64,000 nucleotides of DNA from an uncultured Gemmatimonadota bacterium (GCA_964490075.1 CAZBBK010000008.1:1-64000); one strand, 5' to 3'. Positions 9,976 to 19,241 are shown, counted from the first letter of the stretch. A program made the numbers and translations. The notes: generated by a model not told the origin, from the letters alone.

Positions 9976-11574
9976 CTACTTCAGAAGGATGAGCATGCAT
10001 TGCGCCTCTGCCTCTTGCCCCGAGGACTCGAGACGCGCGAAGTACGAACCGCTGGGCGAGGCGCGACCCGAATCGTCGCGACCGTCCCAGAGCAGATGGT
10101 GGGTCCCCGCCGCGCGCCGCCCGCTCCACAGCCGCCGCACCCTGCGCCCGCTCAGGTCATAGATCCCGACCCGAACAAGACCGGCGACGGAGAGCTCGAG
10201 GGGCAGCACCACGCGCGGATTGAAGGGGTTCGGCCGCGGCGCACCGAATGCGACCCGGGTCCGCCGTAGCGGCGGCGTGCTCGTGACACGCGTCATCGGC
10301 GCGCTCCGCACCCGCATCCACACATCCCCCGCCGCGTCGGCGCCGCGGTCGCGCCACAGCGCCACCACCCGCCCATCCCAGGCCCCGTGCAGCTCAGGGG
10401 CCGTCGCCCGCAGCCCGGTCGACACCCGCTCGTCGCGCGCCCCGCTCCCATCCCAGCTGCCATCCGCGCTCGCCTGGCACCAGACCACGTCGTCGAAGAA
10501 CCCGAGCCGCCGATCCGACCAGGCGATCAGCAGGGTCCCGCCGGGAATCGCCGCCAGCGCCGGCCCGGCCGCCGCCACCCCCGCCGGGCTGACCGGAACC
10601 GCATCACCCCACTCTCCGCCGGGCCCGTCGAGCAGCGCCGTATAGATCCGCGCCGCCCCTTCGCGCCCATCCTCCCACGCGCAAAGTACCGCTCCCCCTT
10701 CCCCCGCCGCCAGCGCCGGCGCGCGCGCCACCACCCCTTCCGGCGAGATCGCTTCCGGTGCGCTCCACGCTCCTCCCCCCACCGCCAGCCACGAGTGATA
10801 GACGCGGTAGATCCCCGAATCGTTGTCGCTGAACACCACGTGCGCCGCCCCGTCCGACCCGAACACCAGGTCGGGATACTCCGAGTTGCCCCCGTTCTCC
10901 GTCAGCCGCTCGTCGGCCGCGTCGCCGGCCCTGGTATCCCACTCCCCGCCCGCCGGCCGCGCCTTCGACATGATCTCCGCGTTGTCCCCGTCGAAACGGA
11001 AGTCGAACCAGGCCACACGCAGCTCCCCGGAAGGCGCGCGCCGCAGCGTCGGCAGATAGCCGTTGTCGCCCTTGGTCTGGGGATGGTCGGTGGTGGTCAG
11101 CCGCAGGTCGGCCTCCGGCGCCGCATCCCACGCCTCACCGGCCGGGCGCGCCTTGGTATAGATCTCGACGTTCTGAATCCCGTCGACGCGGTAGTCGTGC
11201 CAGACCAGGTGCAGTCCCCCCACCCCGTCCCCGGCCAGCGCCGGCCACTTCGCCCCGGTATCGGGACGTCCCGGATACGACTCGAGATAAGGCACGATGA
11301 CGCGGGGTGGCTGCGTCACGATTTCCCCCAGCACCTCCGCCGCGTAGATCTGGTGGCGGAGGTCCCCCTCCCGCTCCGCGTCCTGCTCCATCCACACGGC
11401 ATGCACCACGCCATCCGGCGTCACCCAGGTCCCGCCGTTCGATAGCCCCACGTTCGACGGAACGCCGGGCGACTCGAGCAGCACGATCTCGGCTCCCCAG
11501 ACCTGCGCTTGGGCAACCGGCATCGCCGCCGCGGCCGCCACCAGCGCCGCGATCGTCAAGCACGTCGACTCCAT
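9976..11574 (-). CDS. Secreted repeat (propeller/BNR-like) protein with FlgD-Ig C-terminal domain
   Basis: ATG at 11574, signal peptide; repeats HxVWxDxR...EIY...W; C-terminal PNPFNP...IYDLSGRRVR...WDGRDDSGR...SGSYFARL. Confidence 0.7.
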   Translation of the reverse strand: MESTCLTIAALVAAAAAMPVAQAQVWGAEIVLLESPGVPSNVGLSNGGTWVTPDGVVHAVWMEQDAEREGDLRHQIYAAEVLGEIVTQPPRVIVPYLESYPGRPDTGAKWPALAGDGVGGLHLVWHDYRVDGIQNVEIYTKARPAGEAWDAAPEADLRLTTTDHPQTKGDNGYLPTLRRAPSGELRVAWFDFRFDGDNAEIMSKARPAGGEWDTRAGDAADERLTENGGNSEYPDLVFGSDGAAHVVFSDNDSGIYRVYHSWLAVGGGAWSAPEAISPEGVVARAPALAAGEGGAVLCAWEDGREGAARIYTALLDGPGGEWGDAVPVSPAGVAAAGPALAAIPGGTLLIAWSDRRLGFFDDVVWCQASADGSWDGSGARDERVSTGLRATAPELHGAWDGRVVALWRDRGADAAGDVWMRVRSAPMTRVTSTPPLRRTRVAFGAPRPNPFNPRVVLPLELSVAGLVRVGIYDLSGRRVRRLWSGRRAAGTHHLLWDGRDDSGRASPSGSYFARLESSGQEAEAQCMLILLK

Positions 11575-11631
11575 CGGACTCGCTCCAGCGGGAGTCGGCG
11601 TCGAGTCGCGCGTGGCGGCGCGGGTCGCGAA

Positions 11632-11667
11632 CAAAAAACCCGCCGGCGCCTCGCGCGGACGGGGGAA
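11632..11667 (-). terminator. Intrinsic terminator in the leader (riboswitch expression platform)
   Basis: Minus strand CCCGTCCGCGCGAGGCGCCGGCGGG followed by TTTTTTG, between the aptamer and the first ATG (11574). Confidence 0.6.
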
Positions 11668-11724
11668 GCACCCGAGCACTCTCGGGGGCCACCAGACCTC
11701 ACCCGCGAAGGTTCTGCGTGGACG

Positions 11725-11824
11725 GGCTCAGGGGGCTGACCTGACTGACGAAGGGCGCCGCGCGCCTTCGATCACAGTAGCGGGGCTGTGGCGGACTCTC
11801 ACCGCACTTCCGCCCGACTGAGCC
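11725..11824 (-). ncRNA. Cobalamin riboswitch, compact (about 100 nt) form
   Basis: Minus strand GGAAGTGCGGTGAGAGTCCGCCACAGCCCCGCTACTGTGA matches the Cbl core; B12-box-like AGTCAGGTCAGCC; ends GGCTCAG/CTGAGCC pair; upstream of a BtuB-like operon. Confidence 0.85.
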
Positions 11825-11905
11825 GAATCGATTGTCCGGTCACCCTAGCCCACGCCCCGAGCGCGGCGCAAGCCCGGAGCACCGGCGGTGAGTGCTGCCC
11901 TCGAT

Positions 11906-11968
11906 CACTGACCCGCCAACGCCTCTCCCAAAGCCCCACACACCCGATCCACCTCCGCGTCCCCGAGC
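11906..11968 (-). repeat. Direct repeat copy 1: duplicated 3' end of the DegT-family gene
   Basis: 58/63 identical to 12670-12732; reads LGDAEVDRVCGALGEALAGQ*. Confidence 0.9.
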
Positions 11969-11985
11969 TTGCGGACATGGGAGAC

Positions 11986-12291
11986 CTACGACTCGCTTGA
12001 CTCCGCCACGTCTTCCGAGAACAGCCGGTGCCCTTCGAACACCGTGACCACGACGATACGGTCGGCTTCGACCCGATAGACGATTCGGTAGTTGCGAAGC
12101 AGCACCTCTCGCAAGTCTGGTCGGGAGTGCTCGGGCACCATCCGACCGGACAGCGGATGTTCCGCCGCCTGTCTGGCGCGCTTCCGAAGCCGCTCCAGCC
12201 ACTTCGAGGCGGCGCGTCGATTGTCTTTGGCGATGTAGCGACCGATTTCGAGAAGGTCTTTCTGCGAGCGTCGCGACCAGCGGAGCTTCAT
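11986..12291 (-). CDS. RelE/ParE-family toxin
   Basis: MKLRWSRRSQKDLLEIGRYI...HPLSGRMVPE...REVLLRNYRIVYRV; ATGA overlap with the antitoxin. Confidence 0.9.
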   Translation of the reverse strand: MKLRWSRRSQKDLLEIGRYIAKDNRRAASKWLERLRKRARQAAEHPLSGRMVPEHSRPDLREVLLRNYRIVYRVEADRIVVVTVFEGHRLFSEDVAESSES

Positions 12292-12581
12292 TCCCCATCC
12301 GCCGGGCCGAGCTCGGCATCCAGCATCTCTCCGAGTTGCTCGTCGCTCACGACGCGACCGGCTTCGGCGTCGGCGAGGCCTTCCGACACGGCCTCGAAGA
12401 ACGCCTCACGCTCCCGCATCCGGTCGAACTCGGAAGGAGACATGACCACGCAGGCCGGGCGTCCGTTTTGGGTGATCACCAGAGGATTCCTCCGCCCTGG
12501 CAACGCCTTGATGATGCTCGCCGCCTGGGCCCTGAACTCGCCAAGGGGGACGATGTCTTCGGAGATTCTCAGTGGCTTCAT
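12288..12581 (-). CDS. Phd/YefM-family antitoxin
   Basis: EDIVPLGEFRAQA...PLVITQNGRPACVVMSPSEFD; ATG at 12581. Confidence 0.9.
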   Translation of the reverse strand: MKPLRISEDIVPLGEFRAQAASIIKALPGRRNPLVITQNGRPACVVMSPSEFDRMREREAFFEAVSEGLADAEAGRVVSDEQLGEMLDAELGPADGE

Positions 12582-12669
12582 GGGGGCCTCTTTCGTGCGG
12601 TCAAGGTGCTGGTTCAAATATAGACCAGAATCAGACCACAAACAAGCCAGCACTTGGTTCGACAGGAGG

Positions 12670-12732
12670 CACTAACCCGCCAACACCTCTCCCAGAGCTC
12701 CACACACCCGATCCACCTCCGCATCCCCGAGC
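12670..12732 (-). repeat. Direct repeat copy 2 (current 3' end of the DegT-family gene)
   Basis: 58/63 identical to 11906-11968. Confidence 0.9.
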
Positions 12733-13808
12733 GAGCATCCCGAAGGCAGATAGATCCCCTGCCGTGCCAGCCTTTCGGCCACCGGATAACGCTCCCCGGC
12801 GAACCATCCGGCGCGGGTCAACGCCGGCTGCTCGTGCATCCCCAGGAAGAAGGGCCGGCTGTCGATTCCTCGTGCTCGCAGTGCCTTCGCCAAGGACTTC
12901 CCGTCGAGCCCGGTCGATTCGTCCAGGACCACCCCGTACACCCAATAGACACTCCGAGCCCAGGGCCTCTCGACCGGCAGCGTCAATCCCGGCGAAGCGC
13001 GCAGCGCCTCCGAGTAGCGGGCGGCGATCTGTCGCTTGCGCGCCAGAGTGCGGCCGATCCTCTCGACCTGCGCCAGCCCCAGCGCGGCCTGCAGATTCGT
13101 CATGCGCAGGTTGGCGCCCAATGACTCGTGCCGGAAGCGTGTGTCGCCGCCGAAGTAGAGATTGCGATATCCGCGCAGCCGCTCCCGCAATCTGTCGTCA
13201 TCGGTCAAGACCATCCCGCCTTCGCCGGTGGTGACGATTTTGTTCGCGTAGAAACTGAAGGCACTCATCGATCCGAAGCTGCCGCAACGAAGCCAGGTCG
13301 ACGGGTCTTGCATGAGGACCTCCGCGCCGTGCGCCTCGGCCGCGTCCTCGATCAGCAGCACTCCGCTGCGCTCACAGAGCTCGACCAGCTCCGCCATGGC
13401 GACCGGATGGCCGTAGATATGCACCGCCATCACCGCCCGCGTGGCCGGACTCAGACGCTTTTCGACCTGGTCGAGATCCATGCACCAGGTGTGCGGATCG
13501 ACATCGACCAGAACCGGCGTGGCCTCCGCCGCGAGGATCGCCCGCACGCACGAGATCATGGTGAAGGTCGGAACGATCACCTCGTCGCCCGGGCGCAAAT
13601 CCAGAACCGCCAGAGCGGCCTCCAATGCGCCCGTTCCGTTGCAGACCGCGACACCATGGCGCCGCCCGCAGTAGCCCGCCCAGGCCTCCTCGAAGCGGGC
13701 CACGAAGGGTCCTTCGGACGAGATCCAACCGGTTTCGATGCACTTCCGCAGGTAGCCGAGCTCGGCCTCGTCGATGTTGGGTGTGCTGACCGGGATGAAG
13801 GGCTCCAA
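12672..13808 (-). CDS. DegT/DnrJ/EryC1/StrS PLP sugar aminotransferase (perosamine synthase-like)
   Basis: WISSEGPFV, NGTGAL, VHIYGHP, EDAAEAHG, SFYANKIVTTGEGG; GAGGAGG RBS before TTG 13808 (alternative ATG 13838). Confidence 0.9.
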   Translation of the reverse strand: MEPFIPVSTPNIDEAELGYLRKCIETGWISSEGPFVARFEEAWAGYCGRRHGVAVCNGTGALEAALAVLDLRPGDEVIVPTFTMISCVRAILAAEATPVLVDVDPHTWCMDLDQVEKRLSPATRAVMAVHIYGHPVAMAELVELCERSGVLLIEDAAEAHGAEVLMQDPSTWLRCGSFGSMSAFSFYANKIVTTGEGGMVLTDDDRLRERLRGYRNLYFGGDTRFRHESLGANLRMTNLQAALGLAQVERIGRTLARKRQIAARYSEALRASPGLTLPVERPWARSVYWVYGVVLDESTGLDGKSLAKALRARGIDSRPFFLGMHEQPALTRAGWFAGERYPVAERLARQGIYLPSGCSLGDAEVDRVCGALGEVLAG

Positions 13809-14049
13809 GACCGCCTCCTCGCGTGTCGCCGAGAGCATACTGCAATGCCTCGATCGAATCTGAAGGCCGGCCAGTCGTCGCGTGCCGCGGCCGCCTCGCC
13901 CCGGTGACCGGCTCCGTGAGAACGCGCCCGAAGAAACCCCCTGCGAGAGCCCAAATCCCTCATTACGCTCAATCCCGTGCTCGAAGACCGGGCGAGGAGA
14001 AGCGCCCGAAAGAGCCGGGCGATCGGAGCCAAGTGCTTCGGTCAAAACA

Positions 14050-15010
14050 ACTTGACCCGGACTTCCAGATCTCGAGCTTGTTCGGTGACGAGGCCGGCAG
14101 TCTGCTCAACAGCTTCACCCTGCACGACGTGATCCAGGCCTGCTCCGGCTACCAGGACTACCAGTGCCCGCCCGAAGGAGCGATCTTCCTGCCCGACGAT
14201 CCGCAAGGGCCCGAGCTCAACGATGGCCCCCCCGTGCTCACCATGGACCTGCCCCTGGATCTCGGCGCCGTTCTGGAGCCCGACGACGGTCTGGCCTTCA
14301 TGGAGGTGGTGGCCGATTCGTTCTACGCCCGCACCACCCGCGCCGTGCGCACCTACGATCCCAACCACCTGATCATGTCGGAGCGTTCTGTCGCCACCCT
14401 GGAGCCGGGCGCGGGCCCGGCCTTCGCCTTGCAGCCGATCATGGAGATTGCCACAAGTACTGCGATGTGCTGGCGCTGAATCTCTATGTCGACGCCAGCA
14501 ACGGCGCGAACGCGATCGGGGCGCTCAACAACCTCTACAACAGTCAGCCTTACTCCACCCAGCAGGGGCCCGAGCCCCTTCCTCAGAAGCGCCCGATCGT
14601 GCTTACGGAGTTCTCGTATCACGCCGATGCGAACGTGGTCACCGCGGAGAACTGGGGAGACGAGACCACCGCGGGCTGGGACCACTGCTATCCGGGTCTG
14701 GCTGACAATGAGCGCTGCAAGCACTGCCCCGATCCGGGGTTGGTCGAACCTTGCAGCTTCGCCTACCCCAACGTCGTGCACGACCCGGCTCGCGGCACCG
14801 CCTACAGCCAGTACGTCGACGGCGTGGTGACCCACGCCAAGGGCAACGGCAACCCGATCTTGCCGCCGCAGGGTAGGGCGAACTTCGTGGCGGGGTACTG
14901 CTGGTACTCGCTCTACGATCACGAGGCGGAGAAGGAGTTCGATCCGACGTTCTATCACTACGGATCCACCACTCTGGGCATGCAGAACTGGGGCCTGTTG
15001 AAGCTGCGCA
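14050..15010 (+). pseudogene. Frameshifted C-terminal remnant of a clan GH-A glycoside hydrolase (GH50 agarase-like); boundaries approximate
   Basis: FYARTTRAVRTYDPNHLIMSER in one frame continues as KYCDVLALNLY, KRPIVLTEFSY, RGTAYSQYV, FVAGYCWYSLYD, NWGLL in another after a shift near 14455; no N-terminal half. Confidence 0.6.
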
Positions 15011-16776
15011 CCAATGCACCGGCGCCGTCCCTCGTTCGGGGCGGCGCCGCCCGCGCCCTTGCCGCGTCGCTCTTCCTGCTGGCAACGGCGGGAGGTAGCG
15101 ACAGAAGTGTGGCTCGCGTGCTGAGCGTGCCTTCTCCATACCCCACGATCCAGGACGCCGCCGACCGCGCTTCCAGCGGCGACACCGTGGCGGTCTCGCC
15201 TGGGACCTATCGGGAAGGGATCGAGGTCTACGACAAGAGCCTGAGCATCATCGGCATCGGCGGCGCGGCGGAGACGGTGATCTGGCCGCCGGAGGCGGGC
15301 GTTCGCGCCCTGAGAATCGACTGCGACACGCCGCAGCCGGTCGAGCTGTCCGGTCTGACGATTCGCAACAGCAGCGCGCGGAACATCGGCTATGGTGCTG
15401 CATTCGTAACAGCGAAGAAGGCGACGATCTCTAGCTGTGTCTTTCTGGAGAACTGCGCCATCCGGAGCGTGTGCAACAGTTGCCCCTCGGGCGCCGTTGG
15501 TGCGGCAAAGGTGATTGCCGAGCTCGGTGTACGTATTTCCGACTGTCTCTTTATCGGCAATCGCGCCGGCGTAGGGGGAGCAGTCGGCCTTCACACGAAT
15601 AGAGCGGAGATCTTCGGCAACAGCTTCGTCGAGAACATTGGGAAGGCTCAAGCCGGTGCTCTGGATTTGCTCAGTCCGAAATCCCGCGCCTCGGTTCCAG
15701 CGGGGATCGAAGTCAAAGATAACGCCTTCATCGACAACATCAGCCCCGACTGCGACGGCAGCGCCGGGATCAACGGCCGAGGCGGCGCCATATTCGTCCA
15801 CGCCGACAGCGTGCTGATCGAGCACAACCTCTTCACCGAGAACCTCGGTACCTACGGCGGCGCGATCTCCTCCTGGGGCGACAACACCTACACCGTGCGC
15901 CACAACCGGTTCATCCGCAACCATGCGCCCTATGACGATCGGTTCGGCGGCGGGATATCGGGCGTCGGAGGCGCCATAGGTTACTACTGGTACGAGTACG
16001 GCTCGGTGAACATCCTGCACAACACCTTCGTCGACAACACCGTGCTGAGCGGGATCGATTTCGGCGAAATGTCCGCCAACGCGATCCAGCACCCGAACGC
16101 CCGTGTCGAAGGCAACATCTTCATCGGCGGGGACGAAGGCGCTCCCGCTCTGGCCATCTGGCGCCCCCCAGTCGGCTGGAACCTCTTCCACGACCTCCCC
16201 GACAGCGCCTACTACGGCTGGAACCCCCGCCCCAGCGACATTTTCGCCGATCCCCTGCTGCGCGATCGCGAGCACGACGACCTGCGCCTGCGCGAGGGCT
16301 CCCCCGCCATCGATGCCGCCCGTCCGGCGCGCCTCGATCCCGATTCCAGCCGCGCCGATATCGGCGCCTTGCCCTTTCTGAGCTACTGGATCCGCATCGA
16401 TGAGGTCGATGTCGCGCGCGAGCTCAACGCCCAGGGCGGCGGGTCCGCCCGCGTCGTGCTGCATCGCGGCCCCCTCGACGCCCCGCGCCGCCGCCACCGG
16501 CCCCTGCCTCTGCGCGCCACCTGGCTGCGCGATGGCGGTGGCGCCACCCTCCTCGCCGAGCGGCGGATCTCCGTCGCCGAGCTCGACGGCGCCCCGCGCC
16601 TGGAGCGCACCCTGCGCTGGCGCCACGATCTGCCACCCGGCCCCGGGCGGCTGATGATCGAGGGGGGCGGGGTCGATCCGGTGTTTCTCGCCGGGCGGGT
16701 GGAGGAGAGCGGCGCCGCGGAGGGCGCCGTCGGCCTCGGTGCTCCGGGCGGGGTCGAGTTGACTCGGCGGCGCTAA
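14980..16776 (+). CDS. Secreted right-handed parallel beta-helix repeat protein; start uncertain
   Basis: VLSVPSPYPTIQDAA...GDTVAVSPGTYRE, FxxN/GGAI repeats, DPLL...LREGSPAIDA...DIGA; in-frame ATG 14980. Confidence 0.7.
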   Translation: MQNWGLLKLRTNAPAPSLVRGGAARALAASLFLLATAGGSDRSVARVLSVPSPYPTIQDAADRASSGDTVAVSPGTYREGIEVYDKSLSIIGIGGAAETVIWPPEAGVRALRIDCDTPQPVELSGLTIRNSSARNIGYGAAFVTAKKATISSCVFLENCAIRSVCNSCPSGAVGAAKVIAELGVRISDCLFIGNRAGVGGAVGLHTNRAEIFGNSFVENIGKAQAGALDLLSPKSRASVPAGIEVKDNAFIDNISPDCDGSAGINGRGGAIFVHADSVLIEHNLFTENLGTYGGAISSWGDNTYTVRHNRFIRNHAPYDDRFGGGISGVGGAIGYYWYEYGSVNILHNTFVDNTVLSGIDFGEMSANAIQHPNARVEGNIFIGGDEGAPALAIWRPPVGWNLFHDLPDSAYYGWNPRPSDIFADPLLRDREHDDLRLREGSPAIDAARPARLDPDSSRADIGALPFLSYWIRIDEVDVARELNAQGGGSARVVLHRGPLDAPRRRHRPLPLRATWLRDGGGATLLAERRISVAELDGAPRLERTLRWRHDLPPGPGRLMIEGGGVDPVFLAGRVEESGAAEGAVGLGAPGGVELTRRR

Positions 16777-16860
16777 CTGTCAGGAGCTCGGTCGCCAGCG
16801 ACGAGGCGCGGGCTGGAACGACGAGGGCGTTCGGCGTTCCCGGGTCTACGACCGCGGTCT

Positions 16861-17289
16861 CTATGTGTCGTCGCCTACGCCCCGCGCCTCCCGCGCCGCA
16901 ACCAGCGCCACGAAGCGCGCCACCGGCTGCAACTCGTTCAGCACGGCGACCGCGCGCTGGTAGTCGAAGGCCACGTACTCGTGGATCAGGATGTCGCGGA
17001 ACCCGGGCAGGCGCGCCAACTGCTCCACCAGATCGTCCGGGAAGTCGCCAAGAGCGGTCAGGTTGCGCACCGCCTCGGCGTAGCTCTCGAAGCGCAGTCC
17101 GGCGCGGGCCGAGAGCTCGCCGCAAACATCGATCACCAATTGCGAGATCGCCAAGAGCGAGAACATCACATCGTTGTGGAGACTCAGGTCGCGGCGCAAA
17201 TCAACGGTACCTCGCACCTTGGTTCGCAGCGACTCCAGGTGCTCCAGGTGCCGGCGGATTTCCGCCAGGCGGTCGATCAGGAAGGTCAT
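16861..17289 (-). CDS. HepT/DUF86 HEPN ribonuclease toxin
   Basis: MTFLIDRLAEIRRHLEHL...LPGFRDILIHEYVAFD (R-x4-H); ATG at 17289. Confidence 0.85.
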   Translation of the reverse strand: MTFLIDRLAEIRRHLEHLESLRTKVRGTVDLRRDLSLHNDVMFSLLAISQLVIDVCGELSARAGLRFESYAEAVRNLTALGDFPDDLVEQLARLPGFRDILIHEYVAFDYQRAVAVLNELQPVARFVALVAAREARGVGDDT

Positions 17290-17545
17290 TCGAGCAGAAC
17301 CTCCAGGCGAATCCGCCGCATCCGCTCGAGGAAGGGGTGGAGCGTAGTTCAGCACCACCACGTCGACCTCGTTGCGCCGAGTGGCCGCCACCAAGGCGGA
17401 CCCGAGTCGCTCGCGAGCCGCCGCGCGCCGGGCACGGCCGGAGAGCTGCTCGTGGTCGAGGAGCACTCCCACGTCCACGTCGCTCTGGGCATGGGCATGG
17501 GCAGGGGCTCGATGAGAGGCGTTCCGGGCGTTTTCGGCGTGGAGA
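17286..17545 (-). pseudogene. Degenerate MntA/MNT nucleotidyltransferase antitoxin
   Basis: AHAQSDVDVGVLL and EVDVVVLNYAPP are retained; no GS loop or start; the tail PFLERMRRIRLEVLLE* is in another frame and overlaps the toxin ATG (ATGA). Confidence 0.7.
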
Positions 17546-17570
17546 AGCGCTATATCGAAACGCCAGGCTC

Positions 17571-18944
17571 TTACCGCCGCAGCAAATAATCCGCCATCAC
17601 GTAGTACACCTCGGTGTTGTCGATCACCCCGTGCAGCCGCTCCGCTCCGGGTCCGAGATGCGCCAGCGGCACGTCGATCGCAGTGTGCTCGCCGAGACCG
17701 GCCTTCGGATCGTCGGGCGGCAGGCCGAGCGTGTGCTCGCGCACGCAACCTAGCAGGAGTGCGGGCGGGGCCGGATCGCGCCGGCCGGGCACCGGCATGC
17801 CGCGCTCGTCGCGCTTGGCCAGGATCTCTCGCCCCCGCGGGAAGCCGATCGTGCCGTCGCTGCGCCTCCAGCCGGGCAGGAAGAGCCCGCCGGTCTCGTG
17901 GTCCGCGGTCACGATCAACAGGGTTCGGCCGTCGCGTTCGGCGAAGCGCCGCGCCACACCGACCGCCTCGTCGAAAGCCACCGTCTCCCATACCTGCGCC
18001 TTGGCGTCGCCCTCGTGGCCCGCCATGTCGATCCGCGCCCCCTCGACCATCAGGAAGAACCCCTGTTCGCCCGCGTTTGCCAGCCGCTCCAGCGCCACCC
18101 GGGTCATCTCCGCCAGACGAGGCTCGTCCGCTGCGCTGCGCTCCGCCTCGCCGCCCGGGAATCGGTCCTTCTCGTAGGCCAGGTGGTGCGCCGCGAAGAG
18201 CCCCAGGAGCTTGCCGCTCCGCGCCTCCGTCTCCCGCAGCCCGGTGGCGTCGAAGACCACCGAGTAGCCGCTCTCTCTCGCGCGCTCGATGGGTGCGGTC
18301 TCCCCCGCACCTGCGCCCGGGAGCGTGTGGCGCCGCGAGTCGCTCTCGCCGTCGCCGTCCAGGTCGGTCCCCGCCGCCAGCCAGGTCGACCAGCCGCCCC
18401 CCAGCGCCACGTCGGGCGCGGCGCGGATCAGCTGCTCCGGCATCTGCCACCAGTCGTGGCGCGAGTCGGCGTGAGCATAAAAGGCCGCCGGCGTGGCGTC
18501 GCTCAGGGCCGCCGTGGTCACGATGCCGGTCGCGAAGCCGGCCGCTCCCGCCTGCTCCAGGATCGTCGGCCTGGGCTTGCCGTTGCGATCCAATCCCAGC
18601 GCACCGTTGACGGTCTTGACGCCGCAGGCGAAGGCGGTCGCCGAGGCCGCCGAGTCGGTGGTCATCGCGTCCGCCGACCAGGTGGTCACCAGACACAGCC
18701 CCGGCAGGCGATCGATCTCGGTCCGCCCCTCGCTGCCGACCGCCATCAGCCGGGCCGCGCTGCGCTGCGCCAGTCCCATGCCGTCGCCGATCATCAGGAT
18801 CACGTTGCGACGCGGGGCCGCGGCGCGCGCGGCGGGGGGATCGGCTCCGCCGGAGAAGCGGGGCATCCGCTGCAAGTCCTGGGCCCACGCGATGGCAGAG
18901 GCGAGCGCTGCGATCAGCAGCCACGGCAGGACTCTTCTGTTCAC
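17571..18944 (-). CDS. phoA: Alkaline phosphatase (PhoA family)
   Basis: NVILMIGDGMG, catalytic TDSAASATA, DATPAAF, FFLMVEGARIDMAGH, TADHETGG, HTAIDVP; signal peptide from GTG 18944. Confidence 0.9.
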   Translation of the reverse strand: MNRRVLPWLLIAALASAIAWAQDLQRMPRFSGGADPPAARAAAPRRNVILMIGDGMGLAQRSAARLMAVGSEGRTEIDRLPGLCLVTTWSADAMTTDSAASATAFACGVKTVNGALGLDRNGKPRPTILEQAGAAGFATGIVTTAALSDATPAAFYAHADSRHDWWQMPEQLIRAAPDVALGGGWSTWLAAGTDLDGDGESDSRRHTLPGAGAGETAPIERARESGYSVVFDATGLRETEARSGKLLGLFAAHHLAYEKDRFPGGEAERSAADEPRLAEMTRVALERLANAGEQGFFLMVEGARIDMAGHEGDAKAQVWETVAFDEAVGVARRFAERDGRTLLIVTADHETGGLFLPGWRRSDGTIGFPRGREILAKRDERGMPVPGRRDPAPPALLLGCVREHTLGLPPDDPKAGLGEHTAIDVPLAHLGPGAERLHGVIDNTEVYYVMADYLLRR

Positions 18945-19241
18945 GGGCGTTCCTGGCTCGTGCGACGCATCCACCCGACCAAGCTCGCGCGAGGATAGCG
19001 CGGAACGGTCACCAGAGTTGTCAGTGATAGCCCGCGCAGCACGGCTTTTCCGGCACCGGAAGGCCCGGAAGGGAACAGATTGCCCTTTGACTTCAGTTCG
19101 GGTTTTCGGCTGCCGAACTACGAAGAGGAGGTCGAGTCCATGACACCCCGAATCGGGTGACATGGTGATCAGAAGTTGAACGCGACCTGAGCCGCTTCGG
19201 GTCAGTCGGAGGGCGGAAGTCGCACCGCAAGGAGCTGCAGA

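Noticed and set aside
5996-10269. Long plus-strand ORFs (888 aa, 684 aa) and similar Arg/Pro/Ala-rich ORFs throughout the window
   Set aside because: Antisense or off-frame shadows expected at high GC; no motifs, and they overlap well-supported genes.
14025-14060. AT-richer AAGTGCTTCGGTCAAAACAACTT stretch as a possible recombination site at the edge of the GH remnant
   Set aside because: Only a short AAGT/ACTT dyad, with no partner site or recombinase seen.
16861-18924. 687-aa ORF appearing to be a large HEPN fusion protein
   Set aside because: The upstream part is an off-frame shadow of the alkaline phosphatase gene plus the decayed MNT; only 16861-17289 is a credible CDS.
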